A stretch of 64,000 nucleotides of DNA from Mytilus edulis. Lineage: Eukaryota. This document shows, piece after piece, positions 39,292-50,345 of this stretch. The notes below the pieces were generated by a model. It did no database searches, was not told where the DNA came from, and saw only the letters and a program-made list of their open reading frames with translations. Location of the stretch: positions 29,078,001-29,142,000 of the forward strand of contig NC_092345.1 of NCBI RefSeq assembly GCF_963676685.1, in the 5' to 3' direction. Numbering within the stretch: the stretch's first letter is position 1; every line of letters starts with the position of its first letter. Made by a program: the position numbers and the translations under genes.

Positions 39292-40545
39292 ATAAAATTT
39301 AAATAATTTTGCAAAGCTTTGTGTTTATTCTTTAATTTTAAAATATAATAATTTGGTGCGTCTGAAATGAATTTCAGGATTTGACTTTATCACGAAAGTT
39401 TTATAAACATCAAAAGACCGAGAGACAAGGGTACATAGCATGACTAAAAGGGACCGTAAAAGAACAGCCAAAACTCTATGGTCATTACTTTATAGAGTTA
39501 AAACGTCAGTTCTTGAAAGCTTTTAATTCAAAAAAATATGTTTATGTATTTCTATTTGTATCCATGTTATTAGTTAAGCCTTTTTTCAACTGATTTTTAT
39601 AGTTCTTTTTGATGTTGTTCTGCTACACCAGTGTCCCAGGTTAGGAGGAGGTTTGGGAGTCCGCTAACAATAAGACGGTTAGTTTTCTCGTTTGAATTGT
39701 TTATCGTTTGTCATTTCGGGGCCTTTTATAGCTTACTTTGCGGTACGGTGACCTATAGTTGTTTATTTCTGTATCATTTGGTTTCTTGTGGAGAGTTGTC
39801 TCATTGGCAATCCTACCCCATATTCTCTTTATATGTTATAGGTAAAAACGTCAAAAATATGAATACAGCTGTCAACATTGTTTAACCATAGTAATCGCTT
39901 TTAAAACAAATAAATATGTAACAAAGAAACAAATAAAGGCGTACAAAAAAAAAGCACACCAGCAAATATGACAGACACGTATACATACCAAATTTTACAA
40001 TAGTACAGTAACACAATGACGGGATGTGTAAGTACAGAGCCACGTCATATGTATCAAAGAAACACAAAAAACATATAGACATAGCAACTAATCGATATCA
40101 ATATCAATCACTTTGACAGTTTCCAAAGAAGATAGAATATTTTCTTTCATTTGAATACTTTACGTACAGTTTTTCTTCCCGACGGTAATACACTGCAATT
40201 CATCAGGATTTGCCTGCATTTTGTTTTCTTTGAACAAAGCAATAAGCACTCGATACTCAGACTTCGGCGTGGATATACGTAAATTAAATTGTACCTGAAA
40301 TGATTAAGGACAAGGTATCATCATCAGCATAATTATATAAGAAACAATGTTTCATAAATTAAAATAAACATCCTGTAGAAAAACATTAAATAACAGTGGA
40401 CCATAAATTGATTTGAGGGTAACCATCTGGTTGTAAACCCAACTACTCAGAACACCATTGACTTTGATTTGATTTCTTCTATAAGAAAAATATGAGCTGA
40501 GGAGAATACTGAATATGTAGATATCCAATAAGCTTGTAATTTGTC

Positions 40546-41078
40546 CACAGGTGCTTGAGGACAGGATCCTGTATGAGCCCCGTATAGTTCCTCCCCCTTA
40601 TTATCATAAATCTCAGATTTTTCTATATATATCACTTATTTGTACCATATATATACTAATATACCATATTTATACTCTAAATATGCATGTTTACTATAAA
40701 TGTGAATCTCGACTATAGAGCGAAGCGAAAGGTTGCCAACTTCGTTTCAAGAAATTGGGGCTATGGTCGGGAAAAAATGTTTTAAAATCTAACAAAATGT
40801 CACTTACCGGTCTAATCAACGAGTACTTGCTGTTCCCATATAATTATCCTTATCGAATATCAATATCCAGACATAATATATAACTGTTTAAACACTTTTA
40901 ATTAATTTATTCGCTGGCGGTGTTGCAGTTTTTTTGTCCATTCAACTTCGATCAACGGAAGTTACAAAACAACGACATCTGTGTGGTCTTCAGCTCAAGA
41001 AGGATAACTCCACCTGAAAACGCGGGAAATTAGATGAGTTCCGAGAAACAATATACTGATCGAAAAGGTAAGAGAATT
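40546..41078 (+). repeat. Left terminal inverted repeat (~533 bp)
   Basis: Reverse complement of 47604-48033 plus 49070-49177, with only scattered mismatches. Confidence 0.95.
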
Positions 41079-41142
41079 TCGCATATGTAAAAAATCTATA
41101 GTTATACAGAAAACGTAAACATTGTAAAATAAATCTAAAATT

Positions 41143-44100
41143 ATGTTAGACGAGGATCAAAAGATAGCTTTTGAGTTAGCAAATGGGCACAACCTTATTA
41201 TAAGTGGTCAGGCAGGAACAGGTAAATCCTTTCTTCTCAAATATATAGTAAAGGACCAGCGTGAAAAACAGAAGAATGTCGCTATTGTATGTTCAACGGG
41301 TATAGCATCCACTCTTTACAAAGAGTTGGGAGCCAAAACATTGCACAAATGGGCCGGGATAGAGAATGGGAGGCATCTTAATGAGGAAATTATACACCTT
41401 GTTCAATCAGATGAGCGTTTTATGTCTGTTAAACATAATATCCAAACAACAGATCTCCTTATTATTGATGAAGTGTCAATGCATGGTTAGTGCTAAAACA
41501 TTTAACAAAGTTGAGGTTCTATGCAGAAAAGTTAGAGATAATAATAAATACTTTGGAGGGATACAAGTAATTTTGTCGGATGACTTTTATCAATTACCCC
41601 CAGTTCCAAATAAAATTATTGGAGATTCTGGTAGCCACTGTTTTAAACTGCCATGGTTTGATGATTACTTCCCACACAAAGTACAATTAAATATAATTCA
41701 CAGGCAAAGTGAAACTGCATTGATTCAGTGTATTAATGCGCTTTAAAAGGGAGAAGTTTCCAATGAAAATGTAGCTTTTTTGAATTCCTGAGATCGTCCA
41801 TTGCCAAATGAGGACACAGCTGTTCATCTTTATGCTAGGAACTATGATGTGGATATATTTAATTATAATAAACTACAACAGTTGCAAGGGGACCTTAAAA
41901 CTTATAAATCTACTGATGTAGGATCTGATTTTTATTTGCGAAAGTATTTGGCACCAAAGAATTTGGGTCTAAAGGTTGGTTGTCATGTTATGTTTTGAGA
42001 AATTTAAGTGATACATTAGTAAATGGATTGTGTGGTACGGTCACTCAACTAAACTCAGATTCAGTTGATGTGAAATTTATTATTAGCAATAAGTTATCCA
42101 CAGTTACACTGAAACCTGTCGTGTTTACTACATATGATCCTGCAGATAAGGAATATCTTGCAAAAAGGACTCAAATACCGCTTAAGTTAGCTTATGCTAT
42201 AACTATTCATAAGGCGCAAGGCATGAGTTTAAAAAGGGTCGTTGTCAATTGCGAATACTGTTTCCAACCAGGACAAATAGGCGTGGCAGTAGGTAGGGCA
42301 GAACAAGTTGAGGGTCTGCGAGTTTGCAACTTTAAAAAATCAATGTGCCGAAAGCACCCTTCCCATGATTCAGATTTTTATAACAATTTTACATTAGGAA
42401 TTTTGAAGGATGATCTTTCATGCTGTAGACATGTTATAGAGAATAATGGAGAAAAAAAATGATGACTCTGATTCTGATGATGAAGATGATAATGATGACG
42501 ATGATGATAGTAATGATAATACATGTACATATGCCATTGATGATAATTTTAACTCTGATTCTGATTTCTCTGATAGTGAAATTGAAAAACTAGAAGTTCT
42601 TGATAGTTTCATTGAAACTAATGTTTTGACTAAAGATCAATCATCATCACAAGCTATTGATTCTGTTTTCAATGAATATGTTGGGTCACAATTAGAAAAT
42701 GATATGAAATCTTTCAAAATGACAATTTTAGAAAAAAAATTCTATTTTTGATGAGTGGTACCAATCACAGATATCAGTTATTGAAGATATTGGACTGATA
42801 AGTCTTCCGGAAGGAGAAAAAACTATACAGCTAAACAACAACACGATTTTTTTAATGAAATTTCATAAACATTTCAATTCAGAGGAGTATGTTAATAGTG
42901 TCAAGTCTACTATAAGTATGTATTCCAAAGATGAGGGTACATCTGCAATATATTATCAGTTTATGACAGCTGTTTTATTTTACTTGGAAAGGAGATTTTT
43001 TGAAGATTTACCTTCTCATTTAAATTTACAGGAGCCAGAATCAATTAAAAACATTCCCACATCTGATGAGTTGTCTTCCCCTGCAAGAGGAAAAATTAGA
43101 TATATTAGTGGCTATGTCCTAGCTAAATTAAAACATTCTTTGTTTGTTGTAGGATCAGAATCAAAATTAGCAAAGCTTCAAGATCAAATGAACATATTAT
43201 CTTCTCTTTGTTCCTCCTATGATGTCTTATTGAATTCTAGCATTGATCCAGAAAGTTTAGAAGAGACTAAAAGAAAACAGAATGAGCGTGAATGTTTAAC
43301 CAACATTACTGATGTAACTTTTGATTTCTTTAGTAAACTTGAAACTTTGTGTAGACAAAAACTTTCTCATATAAATCTTGTTGAGCATGGAAAAAATTTA
43401 TTCAGCTATGTCACAGATGAAATTTTGAATGACAAATGTTTATTTGATTTATGGGTTCAAACACTTACTAGTAATTACAACATCCAGTGTACATCCTCAG
43501 ACAATATTCATAATATTATTCACTCCATAACCCTTTCAAGTGAAAATTATATAGACATTTACAATTCAGCTGTGCATCTGTTTTTGAAGGTTTCTTTCAG
43601 TCAATTCAGAAGGGATTATTTAACTTTTCTCAAAAAAGAGAAAGGAAAGGCGCTTCGTAAGAAAGTATCAGAGAAATCAAAGAAGGTGGTGAAATCTTTT
43701 AATATATAGATATAGGAAGATGTGGTGTGAGTGCCAATGAGACAACTCTCCATACAAATAACAATTTAAAAAGTAAAACATTATAGGTTAAAGTACGGCC
43801 TTCAACACGGAGCCTTGGCTCACACCGAACAACAACCTATAAAGGGCCCCAAAATTACTAGTGTAAAACCATTCAAACGGGAAAACCAACGGTCTAATCT
43901 ATATAAACAAAACACGTATATATTACATAAACAAACGACAACTACTGTACATCAGATTCCTGACTTAGGACAGGTGCAAACATTTGCAGCGGGATTAAAC
44001 GTTTTAATGGATCCAAACCTTATCCCTTTTTCTGAAACAATAGCATAACATCACAACAAAGAAAAACATACGATAAAATATCAATTGGCAGACTTAACTC

Positions 44101-44779
44101 AATCAAAAATATGCAATTTTTGATTGAAGACAAGTCAAAGGACAAAGAAAGTTCACATTTGCGACTGAAATCAGAACTTATGCAGAATGAAAAGTTTCTT
44201 TCAGAAAATTCTTTCACTAAGAAAGAATTGCTTATGTTATGTCTTATGTACAATGTAAAAATTTCCACTCAAAAGCGAAAGGAAGAAATAAGTTCTGAAT
44301 TGGGTAAAGCAATATTAAAAAGTGATTGCATACCATATCCGGATAAAAGTGATGTTTCTGGAACAGGTGCTAAGCCAATTTCTAACATTATAGTTTCAGC
44401 AGCTCCTCAAACAATGGACTCAGAAGTTCCAGGCCCTAGTAATGTACATGTAGCCTCTACATCAACTGGTTCCTTGGCTTCAGAACTCTAACCTACAATT
44501 CAAAATAAAGATAAAATACAATCAAATAAAAGGAAAACTTCAAGGAGAGGTAAAGGAAAGGGGAAAGGGAAGAGTAGAAAGAAAAATATTCCTATATCTG
44601 ATGAATCTGATGACAAATGTACTGTGTGTAATAAGCCAGATATTGGAGATGAGGATTGGATATGTTGTGATGCTTGTACTTTATGGTACCACAGGGATTG
44701 TGCAAACTTACAAGATGATGAAATTTGGACTAGTCTTAGTGTAGAAGGTGCTGCCTTCACCTGTCCACTGTGCCAATAA
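41143..44779 (+). pseudogene. Transposon-encoded Pif1-family (SF1B) DNA helicase fused to an acidic tract, a helical domain, a SAP-like motif and a C-terminal PHD finger
   Basis: GQAGTGKS (I), STGIAS (Ia), TLHKWAG, LIIDEVSM (II), FGGIQVILSDDFYQLPPV (III), HRQ (IV), LKVGCHVM.LRNL...VNG, QIPLKLAYAITIHKAQGMSL (V), PGQIGVAVGR (VI). D/E tract at 42460-42600. PHD CTVC...WICCDAC..WYH..C...CPLC at 44618-44773. Broken by several frameshifts, stops and one insertion. Confidence 0.9.
43706..44107 (-). mobile_element. Repeat family C insertion disrupting the Pif1-PHD ORF
   Basis: Flanked by an AATAT duplication; removing it restores KSFN-MQFL in frame. Confidence 0.85.
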
Positions 44780-45127
44780 AGTATATTCCCAGGTAATTTG
44801 TTGCTTTTATGTAGATTTATATTTATCAACCCCCCCCCCCCCCAAAAAAAAAAAAGGGAAATGGGTGATTTTTATTTCATCTTAGATATTATTATGTATA
44901 ATTGCTAACGAGACTACTTTTTATCTCTGTTCTGCATAACTTTTTTTTTAAATAATTCTTTTAACACATTAGAACATTTTTTTCAGTTTTCAGTTTCAGT
45001 GTTATATTATATATACATTGTATAACAATGTATAACATCTAATGTGGTTTAACATTGAGTTGTGGGGTATATGCAAATGACAGCAACCTAACAAAAATAA
45101 GAGCAAAAGCCATCTGCATGGCAAGGT

Positions 45128-47529
45128 TCATTCTTCAAAATTAAACCATGATTGTACCTTTTTATTTGCCTTAACTGCTTGGTTCAATTGTGCTCCCTCT
45201 CCACCTCCTGCATTAGATTTGCGAGATATTGATGTCTGTCCAAGAATAACTGAATTAACTGAATGACAGTAACCTAGATATGCTGGATTAGTATTAGCCC
45301 CATTATGAAGTGTTCTCTGTTGGAAAAATATGTTCTCTATGACATCACTATTAACACGACTTGAAATTATTGATGCATTTGAACACTTGAGTTTATATAT
45401 ACACATTTCTTCAAATCCCGTAATAGAAGAAATTATATCTTCCCTAGTCTGATGTGATATAAGATGTTTTTCCTTATTTTTTATTTCAATGTTGTCTTTA
45501 ATCATTTTTTCCCACTCAATAAACCACTGTAAAACATCATTGTTTTGTTTAATCCTCTCATCGCTTATATCTGTTACAGGACGCGAGTCTTTGAAGTTTT
45601 GGATGAGCACGCTTGTTTGCTGTAGCAATTCTATGGTTTCATCAACATTTGTTCCAGCATCACCTAAGCTTGACTTGTAAAGTTTCATCAAATGTAACAT
45701 TTCATTATTTAAAACGTCCTCTGCTAAATGATTCCTCATTTTATTTTCTGATGTTAAGAACATGTGTTCTTGTGTCAGTTTATGATGAACTGGGAATGGG
45801 TTCGTTGAAATGTCCCATAGATAAGCCTGTTTAAAGTGAGTCCATTCTATAAAATTGTTCTTAAACTTTAACCTCCGTTTACTAAAAGCACCATCTCCTC
45901 TTTTAGAAATGTTATTCCTTATTTTCTTAATAATATGGCAAATGTCCTTGATAAAAAAAAAAAATTTTTGGCTGTCCTTGGGAGAAAAAATGTTTTAAAA
46001 AGAGCATGTGATTGCATTTACACTGTTAAAGTTTGGTAACAAAATTTTGAAAAGGTCTCTATTGCTTTGTGCCCCATCAGTACTGATATATTGAATTGTA
46101 AATCCAAATGCAGATAACATATTAACTGATTTCCATACAAGTAAGTAAAGTTCATGTCCTGATGCAGTATGAGAAGGAAAATGTGCAAATGGAAAACGGA
46201 AACCTGTAAATTCTAAGAAAACTAATTGAAGAACATGTGTAGCAAGAGTTCTTTCTTTTTTATTACTCTTTATTTGCTCAAATATAATTGACTCTGGTGA
46301 ACATTCAGTGAAACCAATCAGCTCTATATTGTGTTTACGCTTGCGAAATTGCAAATCTTGTTGAATAGACATTTCATCTATAATAAGTCCACCTTGATAT
46401 CCCTCAGGGGGTATACCTTTCATTGTTGCTTCATTTCCCATCCAATCTAACATATCACTATTAATGCCTGCCTCTTGATAAACAGAGTTTTTATAACGTC
46501 GAAGCAAGTTTTGGGATGGTAATATTATAAAATTGCTAATTCTCAATTCACTATAGCCCCTTGGACTCCTGCAGTACAAAGTTAAACACAACCGTATAAT
46601 TTCCTTGTTCCACCTCCGGCCATTTGGGTTCCTTTCTAATGCCATTTTTTGACTAAGTAGAAATGTCTGCATTTTCATAGAACAATCAGGGGAAATTTTT
46701 GTCAAAATGTCACTCAAATCATTATGATCAGTCTCACTTCATTATCATGTGTATTGTTGTCATTTAAGTTTATATCATTATTATTTTTTCATCTATGTCA
46801 CACTTTTGTTCTCTTGTTTGAATTTTTGTTTTCAATTTTTTACAGTTACCACAACACAAGGAGACAGCATTAGAGTTTTTGAATGGTAAAACCTTACAAC
46901 ACGTCTTGGCACGGAACCTTATTTGTTCAGAGTTCTCGTCACCTACAAGACACACTTGCTCTTCAAAATGAGGTAAATCTTGCTCAACACTGTTAACGCC
47001 ACTACAGTATCTAAGTTGTTTTATCAATTTAAATAGAGATTCAACTGAATTTATTGTCATTGAAAACTTTTCCTGAAGTCCTATCTTTTCAAGTCCAATT
47101 TCCCATCACTAGGAGAGAAATACCACCATCTGATTCTAATTGAATTTCAATCATTATTTTACTACCGTTTATAATTTCTCCTGTAAAATGTCCTATTTTC
47201 ATTGATGTTTGTGTTTTTGATATTACAAAATAGTCTTCAGGGAGAAGAGTTTGAATGTCAATAAATAATATACTAGGCTGACTGATTGCGTCCTGTTTCC
47301 ATGACAAACCATAGTATCTTTGGGTAGATTTACACCAGTTTTCCTTTGAGCGACCTGATTTTATTTTTACATTGTTGAAAACTTTTTTAATAACATTACC
47401 CACAGCAGAATTTGTTACTTCAAATTCACATTTTTTCTTAATTTCAATGAGATCAACAAATTCAGATTCGTTGCATGGTTGTAAATTTTCTACAACCCAA
47501 GTGAAAATGGGTGTTTTGTTCGTTGCCAT
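45128..47529 (-). pseudogene. P-element/THAP9-family transposase with an N-terminal RFX-like winged helix, frameshifted
   Basis: GRRWNKEIIRLCLTLYCRSPRGYSELR...LPS (P HTH region), IIDEMSI (D1), ISTDGAQSNR (D2), DICHIIKKIRNN (~45910-45947), KMRNHLAEDVL (insertion domain), NSDVIENIFFQQR...NTNP (E). Pieces are ORFs 47089-47529, 46770-47060, 45995-46717 and 45128-45763. Confidence 0.9.
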
Positions 47530-48033
47530 CTCTATTTACTATTTTTTTCCACAGTTTAAGATTTTTTTCACAGTTAAAAATTTCCGCCAAATAAACAATT
47601 TGTAATTCTCTTACCTTTTCGTTCAGTATATTGTTTCTCGGAACTCATCTAATTTCCCGCGTTTTCAGGTGGAGTTATCCTTCTTGAGCTGAAGACCACA
47701 CAGATGTCGTTGTTTTGTAACTTCCGTTGATCGAAGTTGAATGGACAAAAAAACCGCAACACCGCCAGCGAAAAAAATTAATTAAAAGTGTTTAAACAGT
47801 TATATATTATGTCTGGATATTGATATTCGATAAGGATAATTATATGGGAACAGCAAGTACTCGTTGATTAGACCGGTAAGTGACATTTTATTAGATTTTA
47901 AAACATTTTTTCCCGACCATAGCCCCAATTTCTTGAAACGAAGTTGGCAACCTTTCGCTTCGCTCTATAGTCGAGATTCACGTTGATAGTAAACATGCAT
48001 ATTTAGAGTATAAATATGGTATATTAGTATATA

Positions 48034-49069
48034 TGTAGGACTCAAATCTATGGCGGGTTCCAAATCTATGGCAGATTCCTAATCTATGGCAAATGTGACG
48101 TTACAAACGCCAAACAACTCAAATCTATAGCAGATTTTTGTTTACTCCAAATCTATGGCAGATCTTGGGGAAAAAGTACCGTATAACGTCACAATTAAAT
48201 ATTACGCCATATTGCACATTCGCCGCCGCTAACGATGGCGGAACCCATACATTTGAACACCATTCAAGATGAAGATATTTCTCTGACGACCATTTGCGGG
48301 TGGTTTAAAGGAAGATGTAACCTATAATCCCGAAGATGGACCAAATGTGATGTACTGGCCGAATCCCGCAATGAATTATGGCGCCGCTATTTTCAGTACC
48401 GCATATTTTAGAAAAAAGGATATTTTGAACCCTTAATTGCTTGCTGGCTTCGTGTTGAAGGCCGTACCTTGACTTATACTGGTTTACTTTTAGAAATTGT
48501 AACTTGGATGGAGAGTTGTCTCATTGGCAATCTTACCACAACTTCCTATATCTAGTTAGATGAAGTTTACAGTCTACGGCTGGAAAAGTTTATAAAATGA
48601 TATATAAAATTACCGGATACAAATTTGATTTAAATCGTCATCAAATAAAAATGATGTATTAATGATATCGCTGAAATAAATATTATTTATCTTTATTTGT
48701 TAATTTGTTATTTTTTTTTTTATAAAAAGCGGCCTTCTTGTTTGTTAAAGGTCTTTGAAGGTATACAAATTTATCATTTATGATTTTTTTTTTCGGTTGA
48801 CCATTATGGAATGTATATTTCACAAATGTTTATAGGTATGCTCCCGTTGTCGTATTTTTCCACTTGCTTAAGACAAGTCATTTGTCGAAAATGTACTGCA
48901 TTGTTTTCCATTTGCACAAAACTTGCCATATATTTGTAAACAACATAAATCCGCCATAGATTAGTAAATTACAAAACTTGCCATAGATTTGGGATGACAT
49001 GACGTCACATTTACCATAGATTAGGAATCTGCCATAGATTTGGAACCCACCATAGATTTGAGTCCTACA
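48034..49069. mobile_element. Non-autonomous TGT...ACA element (Ginger-like) inserted in the right TIR of the P element
   Basis: TIR TGTAGGACTCAAATCTATGG with repeated AATCTATGGC motifs. Relative to the intact left TIR, the site has gained 4 bp (TATA). Confidence 0.85.
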
Positions 49070-49684
49070 TATATATGGTACAAATAAGTGATATATATCG
49101 AAAAATCTGAGATTTATGATAATAAGGGGGAGGGACTATATGGGGCTCATACAGGATCCTGTCCTCAAGCACCTGTGAATTTGTCCAGAAAAATAGCGTG
49201 ATCTTATCATTCAAATGCCTTTTAAACGTCAACAGAGACAGCTGCAATAAAAATGGTTTGATCTAGAACCTTACGTCACACTACTAGTCAACTAAACAAT
49301 GCAGTTAAACATCCGTGCATAAAAAAATAATCAAAATAGTCATACGACGGTATATCAAAAACCTGTTCATACACTTTAAATAAATCGACAAAACAGTAAC
49401 ATAGTGATAATAAGATTTAACAAATTGTTGCGGTGGTACTTGAGCTTTTTGAGTATACCAGAGAAACATCTATATTAACAGACAGTTTTATAAACCTTGT
49501 CAGCTGAAGTTTATCACAGATTTACTCTCGCCAATAAATTTTGCTGGTATGCCATCTGTACCCATTGCCATTTTGATGATGATCTTATTCGCATTTTTTG
49601 TCAATTTATGAGACGTCAATGAATCAGATGTCTCATTTACTTAAATATTTTCTTTATTCATCCCTTTATCCTTGGTTGCTATAA

Positions 49685-50345
49685 AAGAGGGTAAAAGATA
49701 CCAGAGGAACAGTCAACTCATAGATCGAAATTAAACTGACAACGCCATGGCTGAAAAATAAAAAGACAAACAGGCAAATAATAGTACAAAAGACATAACA
49801 TAGAAAACCAATGACTAAGCAACAAGAACCCCGCCAAAAACTGGGGGTGATCTCAGGTGCTCCAGAGGGATAAGCAGATCCTGCTCCACATGTGGTACCC
49901 TTCATGTTTTTCATGTTTTTTTAAACACGGTACATAGTCCAAGTCCGAAGGTCACATTCGAGGGGAAAAGGAAAGTGGATTGTAGTTACGACACAAGGAA
50001 CATATCTGATATCATCTGTGAAACGGTTATTCCATAACGGTCAACCAACTTGAAATGGCGTCCGTAATTTTACGAAGGGATGATTTCAACTTCACCATCA
50101 GCTTTCTTGTTAGCAGTAACCCTCTATCAAGGAAATCATGATAGGAAATACAAGCCGGGGAATATCGTATCAATTGGGAGATATATTAACCATATGCGGG
50201 CGTTGCTGCAATGTTGCTACACAGAAATGGAAAGATCACAATTGGGAAGCTAGAATCATCTCTTTTGTCGTAAAGTTTTGTTTTCAACCGATCCTTATTA
50301 TCAATTTTTAGATGTAAGTCAAGATATGAGGCAAACTTTTTTAGT
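49685..50345 (-). mobile_element. 5'-truncated Penelope-like retroelement (RT C-terminus plus 3' UTR)
   Basis: ASYLDLHL...KTKLYDKRDD.SFPIV.FPFLCSNI...PAYG.YISQLIRY. Terminal fragments of the family are also at ~12065-12190 and ~58960-59030. Confidence 0.85.

Larger units (their letters stand above)
40546..49177. mobile_element. Full-length P-superfamily DNA transposon encoding a transposase plus a Pif1-PHD protein (decayed)
   Basis: Termini CACAGGTGCTTGAGGACAGGATCC / GGATCCTGTCCTCAAGCACCTGTG; perfect 8-bp TSD AATTTGTC (40538-40545 / 49178-49185); TIRs 40546-41078 and 47604-49177 (the latter interrupted by an insertion). Confidence 0.92.

Noticed and set aside
41143-42462. Helitron or host PIF1 gene
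   Set aside because: No HUH/Rep domain or Helitron termini. The ORF is intronless and enclosed with a P transposase by TIRs and an 8-bp TSD.
45128-46717. Domesticated THAP9-like host gene
   Set aside because: Frameshifted, lacks THAP, and lies inside intact transposon ends.
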